In this document: positions 7,696 through 16,187 of the stretch, piece after piece
How positions within the stretch are numbered: the stretch's first letter is position 1
Layout: the number at the start of each line of letters is the position of its first letter
IMG/VR virus record: IMGVR_UViG_3300027659_000206
Coordinates: 1 to 24,205 of that record
Source: a virus
Lineage: Duplodnaviria > Caudoviricetes
Length of the DNA: 24,205 bases
Reading direction: 5' to 3' (one strand)
Notes under the pieces: model-generated
Told to the model about the DNA's origin: nothing
Seen by the model: the letters and a program-made list of their open reading frames with translations, nothing else
Databases searched by the model: none
Program-made: the position numbers and the translations under genes

Positions 7696-8934
7696 TTATT
7701 TCTCCCACCCTTTCAATATTCCGGGGTCAAAATTATTCTTTGAAAAGGTCATACGATCCACAAGTTTAACAACGTTTTGTTTGATATGGTCGTTGATAGC
7801 AAAGCCTTCCTGTCCAGACACCCTAAATCCATCAGTCGTACGCACAAATGTTGCCATCTTTTTAAGTGTTTCAAGCTTGCCTATAATCATAAGCTTTGCT
7901 TCAACAATTGCATTTTGCAGTGCATAGACAAGCTCTAGATTTTTCTTATTTTCATCAGAGAAAAACTTCAAAAATTCGTCACGCTTTGACGTTGCACTTG
8001 CTTTTCCTGCTTCACTCTTTTTAGACTCAATGTCCTTTGCATACTTGTCACCTATCCACGTTAAAAGGTTACGAACGTGAGCAACTGGATCTGTTATAGT
8101 TTCACCTCGACGAACAAGTGTATTATTAAATGTTTCTAATGTTTGTGCGAGAGTTTGGTCTGACTCAATTTGACGAAGAGTTGATCCACTTATCTTTTGA
8201 AAGATTGTTCCGGCGCGGCTTAACGCGGCAGACAGTGCAGTCGTTTCTTGCGCAGTCAGGGTAGCCTTGCCAGACAAGTCACGTATATATGTATCAGAAA
8301 ACCAGACGCTAGGTGTACGTTTAAGTGTGCTTGAGTCAAAACCATAGGATGCTCTCATGCTTTCAAAAGTATCTCCAGTGTATTGTGTGTGAAACATCAC
8401 ACCTATCTTTGAAGCCTTTATAGTTTTTGCGAGAACACTGTCTGCTGGAATTGCATAGACGATTGTGTTTGGTTGAAATGTAAGATATTCAACACCATCA
8501 AAGCGTTCAACCTTTAAATCTTTTTGGGTGTATGCAAGGTCACCTTGTAAGACACCCTTGATGCCCAGCTTTTTAAATTCGTTGAATGCTACAGTTAGTT
8601 TTTCTGCAAGGTCGCCACTGGTATCAGCCTTTATATCACTTTCGCTCTTATAGACTTTTGGATTTTTATTAAATATTCCCTTTTTAGCTACAAAAAATGC
8701 TCCATCCGTTGGGTCAGTGCCAACAAAGATTGCTGGGGCGCCGTCAAACTTTGCAGCGACGTCATATGACTGCGCGCTGTTTCCTGCCAACATATCTCTC
8801 ATGCTACGAAGCGCAATAATTGCTTCACGAGCACCCTTGATACCACCATAAAGCACCTGATCGTCGATATGCACCATGTGTAAATTTTTGCCTTCAGTTG
8901 AGGCTTCGTTTAAATATTGTTTAAATGATTTCAT
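7696..8934 (-). CDS. DUF6267-like protein with ATP-dependent ligase/nucleotidyltransferase-like motifs and capsid-targeting-like N-terminus
   Basis: 412 aa. Begins MKSFKQYLNEA. KFDG (motif I KxDG), LQGDL (III-like), QEGFA (IV-like) and VKLVDR (V-like) occur in the expected order. Confidence 0.7.
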   Translation of the reverse strand: MKSFKQYLNEASTEGKNLHMVHIDDQVLYGGIKGAREAIIALRSMRDMLAGNSAQSYDVAAKFDGAPAIFVGTDPTDGAFFVAKKGIFNKNPKVYKSESDIKADTSGDLAEKLTVAFNEFKKLGIKGVLQGDLAYTQKDLKVERFDGVEYLTFQPNTIVYAIPADSVLAKTIKASKIGVMFHTQYTGDTFESMRASYGFDSSTLKRTPSVWFSDTYIRDLSGKATLTAQETTALSAALSRAGTIFQKISGSTLRQIESDQTLAQTLETFNNTLVRRGETITDPVAHVRNLLTWIGDKYAKDIESKKSEAGKASATSKRDEFLKFFSDENKKNLELVYALQNAIVEAKLMIIGKLETLKKMATFVRTTDGFRVSGQEGFAINDHIKQNVVKLVDRMTFSKNNFDPGILKGWEK

Positions 8935-9989
8935 ATAAGTTTTAACTCTTTACCAGTTGAAGATATTTTATCGACGATAACAATTCGTAAATTTGGTTTG
9001 TTATTATTTGGGTTTACAAATAGCAAAGGATAGCCTTCTTTATTTTTCTTAGAATATGTAATTTTAATATTATTACTATTATCAATATCTCTTTTACGTA
9101 TTCTAAAAAAGAAATTTGGTATTTTTTTCATATATTCTGATATTGAATAAAATTTACCATTAATTTTTAACTCACCAGTTTTTTCCAACGTAGATGTTAC
9201 ATCCATTTTACCTATATACATATAGTCAACCGGTCCGCCCATCTGTTTATTGCCGATTAATATTTTTTTGACATATTCGTCAGGTATGCGTATAAAAATA
9301 TCTGGAATAAAGTCCGCGCTAATTACAGAATTTTCTTTTAGCTTTAATGTAGTTTTTAAATACTTGTCAATAGTTGAATATAACCTTTTCATTAAATCTG
9401 GAACGGTTACATTTAAACCGACAAGTCCACCACCAGCAAGCGATGGCGCGCTTTCTCCTTTATTTGAAATTCCATATTTTTTACCAGCCTGTGTTTCAAT
9501 AAAAATATCAATATATGGTTCTTGACCGGCAGGACTCAGTCCTTCGTTTTTGTAAGCAGATTTTATGTGAATGTTTTTTCCTAATGACGATACAAATGCT
9601 TTTGAATTTTTAAACGCAGCTGCGTTTAGTGCAGCTATTAAGCCTAACTCTTGTCTCTCTGAACCCAATCCAGTAGACTTTCCAGCAACTCCACCAAAAT
9701 CTTTATCTTTATAGAGGTCCGATAATTTATAAAGTTTTTTATCAAGTTCTATTTGTAATGTAGCCTGTGAAGTGCTATTTACAAATAGTCTTAAAGCAGC
9801 ATCGGTTAATTTATTTTTACCATCATACTTTATTATAGAATTACCAATCTTTATTATTACTTTGCCATTGCATGCATGTAATTTAGACTTTTCATCCTTT
9901 ATTTTAAAAGAGCCGCCGTTATTAACGCGCTCAACAAAAACAGAAATATTATTTCTCTTTAGTAAATCATTTTTGCTTATTACGGCCAT
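8931..9989 (-). CDS. Putative PD-(D/E)xK-fold nuclease
   Basis: 352 aa, basic and AT-rich. ERQE...YIDIFI...YGISNK matches the E...D...(S/E)xK variant of the restriction-endonuclease fold. Confidence 0.55.
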   Translation of the reverse strand: MAVISKNDLLKRNNISVFVERVNNGGSFKIKDEKSKLHACNGKVIIKIGNSIIKYDGKNKLTDAALRLFVNSTSQATLQIELDKKLYKLSDLYKDKDFGGVAGKSTGLGSERQELGLIAALNAAAFKNSKAFVSSLGKNIHIKSAYKNEGLSPAGQEPYIDIFIETQAGKKYGISNKGESAPSLAGGGLVGLNVTVPDLMKRLYSTIDKYLKTTLKLKENSVISADFIPDIFIRIPDEYVKKILIGNKQMGGPVDYMYIGKMDVTSTLEKTGELKINGKFYSISEYMKKIPNFFFRIRKRDIDNSNNIKITYSKKNKEGYPLLFVNPNNNKPNLRIVIVDKISSTGKELKLI

Positions 9990-9994
9990 AATAT

Positions 9995-10459
9995 CTATTT
10001 ATAACTATCTAACAATGCACTGCAATTGAAAAAGCGCAAGTAGAGCTCAATTTCTCGCCCGTCTGCTTCCTTTTCCCATGGCGCGAGTTCATAGTCATAG
10101 TCTGGGCAGTATACTCTTTTCCAGCGAACTGCTGAATGATTGTGTACATAAAAGGATAGCTCTTTACGCACATACTGTTTCAAGTGGACAAATTCGTGTG
10201 CAAGTGTGGTAAGCATCATATGGTATGATTCGCAGTTATCAAGGCGTATTATATAGTCAAAGTCTGGCTCTTCTTCTCCGCAATATCCACAATCACCATA
10301 TACATTTTCTTTTTTGAGTAAACCTGGAATGCATTGTACCTTTATACGTATTTTACGTACTCGTGGAAGTAACTCCTGCAAATAATTTGCGGCTGCTGCA
10401 CTTAAAAGTTTTTTTAGGCGAAGATCTGATCGTGGCCCATAAATTTTTATCTTTATCAT
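9995..10459 (-). CDS. Zincin-like metallopeptidase (HExxH)
   Basis: 154 aa. TLAHEFVHLKQY followed by PWEKEA, which supplies a third-ligand Glu. Confidence 0.8.
   Translation of the reverse strand: MIKIKIYGPRSDLRLKKLLSAAAANYLQELLPRVRKIRIKVQCIPGLLKKENVYGDCGYCGEEEPDFDYIIRLDNCESYHMMLTTLAHEFVHLKQYVRKELSFYVHNHSAVRWKRVYCPDYDYELAPWEKEADGREIELYLRFFNCSALLDSYK
9996..10003 (-). promoter_or_regulatory. T4-type late promoter TATAAATA
   Basis: Exact consensus 6 nt before the ATG at 9989. Confidence 0.7.
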
Positions 10460-10468
10460 GACTGCTAT

Positions 10469-10476
10469 TACTTATA
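10469..10476 (-). promoter_or_regulatory. Late promoter variant TATAAGTA
   Basis: One mismatch from consensus, between the 10482-10517 hairpin and the ATG at 10459. Confidence 0.5.
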
Positions 10477-10481
10477 GACAA

Positions 10482-10517
10482 CTCTGGGGTCTTAATACGA
10501 TTACCAAGACCCCAGAG
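10482..10517 (-). terminator. Strong hairpin downstream of the AAA ATPase (terminator or processing/stability stem)
   Basis: Perfect 12-bp inverted repeat CTCTGGGGTCTT/AAGACCCCAGAG, extendable with G-U pairs. The U-tail is weak (UUGUCU). Confidence 0.6.
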
Positions 10518-10538
10518 ATTTAAATTTATATCAGCAGA

Positions 10539-12071
10539 TTACGCGTATGAAGCAATCATTCGAGCAAGGTCGCCATCGGAAACATCAACGCCAGCGGCAA
10601 GTGCTCCTGCAGCCATGTTTAATCCGCGTGATAATTTACGAAGGTTAGCACTTTGAGCGCTTTTACCTTGACGAAGTAGATCGACAACGTGGACGCGTGA
10701 CTTTTGATCAAGTGTGAGTCCGCCTTCAAGTTTCATATCGCCTACAATCTTTTCCATAAAGTCGTAGATTTCTACTTCGGTAGGGTCAATGTTGATAATA
10801 AATGCACGTGTACGAAGTGCACCGTCTGGATCAAGTTTATCAAGGTTCAGGTTTGAGATAAAGATAATCTTACCAGTAAATTCGAAATAGCGAGGAATTA
10901 ACCCTTGATCAAGTATTTCTTCGTCACTCATGTCATCCTCAGGATCAACAACGTTTTTACCCATCTTGTTCCATACAAGCTTACGAATCTTTTTCGTATC
11001 GGTAGCAGCCTTTAGTAGGTTACGAGCCTCTTGATCGCCGAGGGCGTCGTCACTGTCATCAAAGAAAATAATGTCATTCTTATATCTAAAGAGAAGCGAG
11101 TATAGACCAGCCGCACTCGCAGAACCAGTATTTTTAAAGTATCCATTGCCGTCACGAAGTCCCATATCAGCTAAGATTTTTTCGGTTGTATGGGTCTTTC
11201 CTACACCACCTTTGCCGGATACAAAGAGTGCATTTGCCGAGCCGCTTATAGTAAGTTTAACGAGGTTTTCAAGGTCTTTTAATTGGGCCTCGAATGACAG
11301 ACGCTCTTTGTCTGCTTCAATTTGTTGTACTTCTGGGGAATAGGTATATTTTTCCTTTGCAGCTCCTTTTGAAACAATGCCAGACACAACTCCAATACGA
11401 GCCATAATCTTACCCTTTTCAGACTTTATTTGCTTTAAGTCTTTTGCCTTGCCAACCCAGACATACTTGATGCCTTGCTTTTCAATAAAGTTTGGATATG
11501 CAGTTGAAAGAGCATCAAAAATCTTAACGCCTGGACTGCCATACATGTTATAGATTTTGCTTTTTACAAAGTTTGGGTCAGTCAAATAATCTGCAATTTC
11601 GTCAAAAATTGCTTCAAAGTCATGTTTATTTGCTGCTTCATTTAACACCCCTTCATAGAGTGCAACTTCGTCAGGCATTGACATAATCTTTCCAAGTGTG
11701 GCAGTGCCGGCACTTATAATATCAGCAACGATTGGTAGAGTTTTTACGAGTGATACGCTCTCATCAAATTCAATGTGAAAAGGAACTTCACTTTTTCCAT
11801 TCCAATAATCAATCGAAGTTAAGTTATTTAGGCCAACGAGGGAGCTTTGCACCCAGTTGAAACGAATACTTTGATTGCGCTTTGTCGTATAGAGACGCAA
11901 GCCAAAACCAGTGCCATTTGAATTTGTATATTTTTCTAATCCAGGATATTGGAAAAATGTAGTTCCAGTCTTTTTCTTAAGATAGCGCTGAATAATAAAT
12001 GCAGCTTTTTCTACAGATGACGTAGAGAGTGCCTCGGTTAGGTAACTTTTAAATTCGGTTAGTTTTGACAT
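10539..12071 (-). CDS. AAA+ ATPase with N-terminal extension and capsid-targeting-like peptide
   Basis: 510 aa. Walker A GKGGVGKT, Walker B IIFFDDSD, sensor-1 IFISN, Arg finger ALRTR. Begins MSKLTEFKSYLTEA. Confidence 0.85.
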   Translation of the reverse strand: MSKLTEFKSYLTEALSTSSVEKAAFIIQRYLKKKTGTTFFQYPGLEKYTNSNGTGFGLRLYTTKRNQSIRFNWVQSSLVGLNNLTSIDYWNGKSEVPFHIEFDESVSLVKTLPIVADIISAGTATLGKIMSMPDEVALYEGVLNEAANKHDFEAIFDEIADYLTDPNFVKSKIYNMYGSPGVKIFDALSTAYPNFIEKQGIKYVWVGKAKDLKQIKSEKGKIMARIGVVSGIVSKGAAKEKYTYSPEVQQIEADKERLSFEAQLKDLENLVKLTISGSANALFVSGKGGVGKTHTTEKILADMGLRDGNGYFKNTGSASAAGLYSLLFRYKNDIIFFDDSDDALGDQEARNLLKAATDTKKIRKLVWNKMGKNVVDPEDDMSDEEILDQGLIPRYFEFTGKIIFISNLNLDKLDPDGALRTRAFIINIDPTEVEIYDFMEKIVGDMKLEGGLTLDQKSRVHVVDLLRQGKSAQSANLRKLSRGLNMAAGALAAGVDVSDGDLARMIASYA

Positions 12072-12078
12072 ATACGTA

Positions 12079-12111
12079 TATTTATAATAATATTTATTAT
12101 TATTATTTATA
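12079..12111 (-). promoter_or_regulatory. Two tandem T4-type late promoters TATAAATA
   Basis: Exact consensus at 12079-12086 and 12104-12111, between the gp41 stop and the ATPase start. Confidence 0.75.
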
Positions 12112-12115
12112 CAAT

Positions 12116-13912
12116 TTACACCTTTATGTCGCTATAGTCTCGACTTTTTCGTTGGCTACTAAACGGGGTGTGCACAGCTGGAGAGGAGTCGCTGTCATTT
12201 GTAATGTTTGCCATTGGATCAGAAATATCATATAGTCTCATTTTAGAAAGGTCAATGCCAACAGTAAACCGTTTATTTGTTGTGGGGTCATTATATCTAT
12301 TCTTTAGCTGTTTGACCATAATCTGATTCATCTTATCAAGTTGCTCGGTGCGTATAAATGCAAGCATGAGGTCGGCAGTAGCCGGCAATCCGAAACTTTC
12401 TGAGGTGTCAGTAATTTCGACATCCGACGAATTAAATCCCCCACGAGTAACTTGAGTCGCGCTCCAAATTGGAACATTAAACTCCACGGCAAGTCCACGA
12501 AGTTCTTCAGCAATACTCTTAATAAAGCTATAGGTATTAACACTTCCACTTAATCCTTTAATTCGCGAACTTGCACAAATATTAAGATAATCAACATAGA
12601 CAATATCAGGCTCAAACTTCTTTTTAAGTTTTAGTTCAAGTAGCAATGCGCGAAAGTGACCAACATGTGCAGCTGCTGTAGGATATTCCTTCACGATTAG
12701 TTTACCACGGGTACGTTTAGACACGCCTTCTACTTTAGACTTAAATTCATGCTGAGAGAGATCTTTAATCTTATCAATACGAATATCAAGTAGATTTGCA
12801 TCAATACGTTCTGCGATCTTTTCTTCAGCCATTTCAAGCGTAATATAGAGTACATTTCGCCCTTGAGCAAGGGCTGCAGACGCCATATGACACATTCCAA
12901 GACTTTTGCCGCAACCAGTATTATGCGAAGAAACTCCATCAGTATAATAACGGTGATTTTCATGATCAACTGTGATATCTACAATTGGAATTTGCTTTCC
13001 AGTTTTCGTAACGATACCAATTTGATACCCGTCTTCAGTTAAGTATTCTTGTTTTTTATGTACGAGATCTTTAGCATATTGCCAACCATCAACGGTTTCA
13101 AACAAATGATTTTCATTAACTCTGATAACTTTGCCGCTATTGAGAAGTAGAATATACTCTTCCCACATTCCTTTATCAACGAATGCTGATACTGGAACAA
13201 ATCCATCTGGAGAATCTACTTCTATAGTATATCCTTCATTTAGCAAAGTTTCAACTTCTTTAATTTTAATAGTTTCCACTTTGCAATTTGAATGTCTTAC
13301 TCGAATTGGAGTCTCAGGGTGAACACAACCAGCGAGGATAATATTTAACGTTTTACGAGGTATGCCGCCACCAGTAATTGTGTTAAACATTTCCAAGTCA
13401 AATGGAATTTTATCCTCAGTCTTGTGATAAAACTCATATCTCTGATTTATATTTTCGAGATAGTCATGACCTACATTTGTATCAAACGTTACGCTTAGTG
13501 CCTTACTAAGTATGCTTGGAATTGCTCCTTCAGCCTGGTCTGGGGAGCGACCATCAATAATAGAAACTGCCTCTATAATCGCGAGATGAACTGCGCGGTC
13601 TTTACACCACTTTTCCGTCTGCGTTAGCAGCCACTCGTGCTCTACAGAATAATTCTCGTTTAGTGTAGTAATTGTGTGGGCAATCGCGCCAGAGTCTCCA
13701 CGATTAACATGCTCAGACTGTTGAAACTCGATTGCAAGTGCTGAAGAGTTTGGTAACTTATTATACTTTGTAATAAATTGTAGTACGAGGCCGTATATTG
13801 CTTTATGATGCCCTTCAAAATATTCTGGTTTTAGGTGTGGTAATGTTTTACGACAAAATGGTTCGTTGTTTACTAAATTTTTAATTATGATGTCTTGAAG
13901 GCTATTCTCCAT
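12116..13912 (-). CDS. 41: Replicative helicase (T4 gp41/DnaB-like) containing a mini-intein
   Basis: 598-aa precursor. Motifs LNIILAG|TGCGKS (Walker A after splicing), YITLEMAEE, VDYLNI, SATQVTR, SESFGLPATAD, QLKNRY. The spliced product is 462 aa. Confidence 0.95.
   Translation of the reverse strand: MENSLQDIIIKNLVNNEPFCRKTLPHLKPEYFEGHHKAIYGLVLQFITKYNKLPNSSALAIEFQQSEHVNRGDSGAIAHTITTLNENYSVEHEWLLTQTEKWCKDRAVHLAIIEAVSIIDGRSPDQAEGAIPSILSKALSVTFDTNVGHDYLENINQRYEFYHKTEDKIPFDLEMFNTITGGGIPRKTLNIILAGCVHPETPIRVRHSNCKVETIKIKEVETLLNEGYTIEVDSPDGFVPVSAFVDKGMWEEYILLLNSGKVIRVNENHLFETVDGWQYAKDLVHKKQEYLTEDGYQIGIVTKTGKQIPIVDITVDHENHRYYTDGVSSHNTGCGKSLGMCHMASAALAQGRNVLYITLEMAEEKIAERIDANLLDIRIDKIKDLSQHEFKSKVEGVSKRTRGKLIVKEYPTAAAHVGHFRALLLELKLKKKFEPDIVYVDYLNICASSRIKGLSGSVNTYSFIKSIAEELRGLAVEFNVPIWSATQVTRGGFNSSDVEITDTSESFGLPATADLMLAFIRTEQLDKMNQIMVKQLKNRYNDPTTNKRFTVGIDLSKMRLYDISDPMANITNDSDSSPAVHTPFSSQRKSRDYSDIKV
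12920..13327 (-). mobile_element. Cis-splicing mini-intein (136 aa, no endonuclease) in the gp41 Walker A
   Basis: Starts CVHPETPI (residue 196), block B NENHLF, block F IVDITVD, ends SSHN followed by Thr+1. Confidence 0.92.
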
Positions 13913-14228
13913 GTTTTCCTATTTTGTATTCTTGATTTGAAAGTATATCAGACAATACGTCTCCAATGTAATTTTTAAAGACGCTGTCGCGATGTAAAGA
14001 TTCTTTGCTATGCTTCTCTGTTGTAGATATTATATTATATGCATACGATAATGTACACACGTCTTTTTGCGAGTCTTCATTTAGTTTTATTTTTGCATAC
14101 TTGTATACTGTGCCAACATACGGCCCACTAACGAGTCGTATTGCATACACCTTATCATTTGTTGAGTCGTCTACAAATATATAGTCAGTTATTTCGCTTG
14201 GCATAAATTTAGTCGCATGAATTTCCAT
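13902..14228 (-). CDS. Conserved T4-like protein at the gene 40 position (possible gp40 analogue)
   Basis: 108 aa directly upstream of gp41, matching the T4 order uvsX-40-41. Similar size to gp40. The assignment is positional only. Confidence 0.55.
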   Translation of the reverse strand: MEIHATKFMPSEITDYIFVDDSTNDKVYAIRLVSGPYVGTVYKYAKIKLNEDSQKDVCTLSYAYNIISTTEKHSKESLHRDSVFKNYIGDVLSDILSNQEYKIGKHGE

Positions 14229-14808
14229 ACTTCTGTGGCAACCAGACGTATGATGAAATTACATATTTGGGGTTAGAGATTGGAGTCGCTCCTTTATGTG
14301 GATACATATAGTAGGGCGGAAAACATAACACATTGCCGGCTTCTGGCTTTATAGCAATCTCGGTACCAATATCAAACAGGGTCTCGCCGCCCTCAGCTAC
14401 GTCATTAAGGTACCAAAACATTACAACTGCGCGCTTGCTTGATGGAACATCGCAGTGATCAGTATGCCAATCAAATATACCAGTTCCAGGTTCATACCGT
14501 TTTATACGCGGTGCCTCGTAATCTTTTAGAGGTTCATAACATGGCAGTCTGTCACGCAGTATATTACATGTCTTTTCTAGGTAATGGTTATTTACAGCAG
14601 ACATCAATGCTCCCATCGGGGCCCTGAACTCTTCAAACCCCGGGTGGTCGAGCATATTAATCTCGTCAAAATCGAGAATCTTATTTTTACGACGCACCTT
14701 TAGCGGGTCATTTTCTGATATTGAATCATATCGAGAGATCAAAGCCTGACACATATCAAGGGGCATTGCGCCCCTCAATAGGAGTATATAGTCAGCCAGG
14801 GTTTTCAT
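14209..14808 (-). CDS. 2OG-Fe(II) oxygenase (prolyl-4-hydroxylase-like)
   Basis: WHTD (HxD), WYLNDVAEGGETLF, FPP..YPH and KY motifs. The start is probably the ATG at 14808, just after the uvsX-C stop (TAA-T-ATG), rather than 14844. Confidence 0.88.
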   Translation of the reverse strand: MKTLADYILLLRGAMPLDMCQALISRYDSISENDPLKVRRKNKILDFDEINMLDHPGFEEFRAPMGALMSAVNNHYLEKTCNILRDRLPCYEPLKDYEAPRIKRYEPGTGIFDWHTDHCDVPSSKRAVVMFWYLNDVAEGGETLFDIGTEIAIKPEAGNVLCFPPYYMYPHKGATPISNPKYVISSYVWLPQKYGNSCD

Positions 14809-14809
14809 A

Positions 14810-15340
14810 TTATTCGGCATCGCCAACCTCTTCAACGCCGTCACTAATCATGTCTCGCAGTCCAATCGTATATTTTTTCTTAATATGCGCAGCAAATGTA
14901 GTTTTAGTAAACACAGTTTCCCAAAATTCCTTTGTCATTGTTTGTGCCGCGCGGGTATTTCCAGTCAATTCAGTTTTTGTTGCGGGATCATAGGCGACAT
15001 ACCAACCATTTTTAGGCTTAATTACAAACCCCCCTTCCGTGGCAATATCAAGTAGGCCACTCCATTTTTGGACGCCACCTTCCCAACTTACGCTAATTGG
15101 AATCTTACTTTTTTCTTTTACAAACCGAGACTTTTCAACATTAATAATAAAGTGATACCCTTGGATTTCAGTGCCATCTTTATCTTGTTGACGACCAATA
15201 ATCCAAACATTGTCGGCACTATACATAATTCCGGTATTTGATACCACAAGCCCATTACTAAGAACATATTCATGATTTCCCGCAACGGTTATGTCATAGA
15301 CTTTTTTCTTACCTACTTTAGTTATTGATTTTAGTTTCAT
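14810..15340 (-). CDS. uvsX: Split intein C-fragment (35 aa) fused to the UvsX C-terminal extein (141 aa)
   Basis: MKLKSITKVGKKKVYDITVAGNHEYVLSNGLVVSN (blocks F/G) is followed by TGIMYSADNVWIIGR..NVEKSRFVKEKSK..SGLLDIA..KPKNGWY, which matches the C-terminal part of T4 UvsX. Confidence 0.93.
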   Translation of the reverse strand: MKLKSITKVGKKKVYDITVAGNHEYVLSNGLVVSNTGIMYSADNVWIIGRQQDKDGTEIQGYHFIINVEKSRFVKEKSKIPISVSWEGGVQKWSGLLDIATEGGFVIKPKNGWYVAYDPATKTELTGNTRAAQTMTKEFWETVFTKTTFAAHIKKKYTIGLRDMISDGVEEVGDAE

Positions 15341-16187
15341 TGTATATTTTTCTAATTTGATGCTTCGTTAAATTTAAATCGAGTTGAGCCTGACGTAATG
15401 ATTTGTATTCTTTTCCCTTTATTGTTATTCTTATTGCCTTTTTGCCCGTTTTTCTAATTTTTGATGAATCTATATAAACACCTGTTTCTTTATACTTACA
15501 GTTATCATTATGCCAACGAATAATGTTAGATAATCCTGTTGTCTTTAAACCACAATGTTTACATTCATATCTTTTTCCATTTTCTTTTACTGATAATGAA
15601 TATGGGTTGACCCATTCATCCATATTATATAATATTAAATCGGTTTTGTAAATACGAATTGTTTCATTTGTATGAATGTTTTTAAGCATCATCATACCTT
15701 TTCTCCCCATTTTCTTTTTCTGTTCTTCTGATTTTGGAACACCCTTAAATATAGCTGAAACTAATTTTTTATGTTCTTCGGTACAAATTCGACCTGAATT
15801 TTTTTCCGAAATTTTTCTTTTAGTTTCATCGCTATGTTTTTTACCATAAAAATTATTACCCGAACCTTTCATAGTTTCTTTTAATGCTTCAATATGAGCT
15901 TTTTTAGCAATTTCATATTGAGTAGTAGTTACATTTCTTTCTTGACCCGAACTGCATCTTAACATTGAAAAGAATGCATGTGCAAGTTGCGGTGTTCTAT
16001 AATGTTTCCACAATAACTGATGCGCTAAAAAATGTTCACGAAAAGATAATCTTATAATATTAGATTGATCATCATTTCCACCCAAACATCTTGGTATTAT
16101 ATGATGATTTTCACCGTATTCGGATTTACTTAATGGTGTATTTTTTCTTTTTTCGATTAAATTGTTGTATATTTTAATATGATCCAT
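15318..16187 (-). CDS. HNH homing endonuclease (Mob-like) with NUMOD3 and C-terminal CxxC module
   Basis: 289 aa. ENHHIIPRCLGG..N..L..REHFLAH (HNH), GNNFYGKKHSDETKRKIS (NUMOD3), CKHC..RWHNDNC. Visibly more AT-rich than uvsX. Confidence 0.92.
   Translation of the reverse strand: MDHIKIYNNLIEKRKNTPLSKSEYGENHHIIPRCLGGNDDQSNIIRLSFREHFLAHQLLWKHYRTPQLAHAFFSMLRCSSGQERNVTTTQYEIAKKAHIEALKETMKGSGNNFYGKKHSDETKRKISEKNSGRICTEEHKKLVSAIFKGVPKSEEQKKKMGRKGMMMLKNIHTNETIRIYKTDLILYNMDEWVNPYSLSVKENGKRYECKHCGLKTTGLSNIIRWHNDNCKYKETGVYIDSSKIRKTGKKAIRITIKGKEYKSLRQAQLDLNLTKHQIRKIYNETKINN

Noticed and set aside
14209-14808. TET/JBP-type DNA base oxidase acting on hmC
   Set aside because: The motifs (YLND..GGET.F, FPP..H) are those of the P4H-like 2OG-Fe(II) oxygenases common in aquatic T4-like phages, and the gene is not adjacent to gp42. 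A role in base modification is unsupported.
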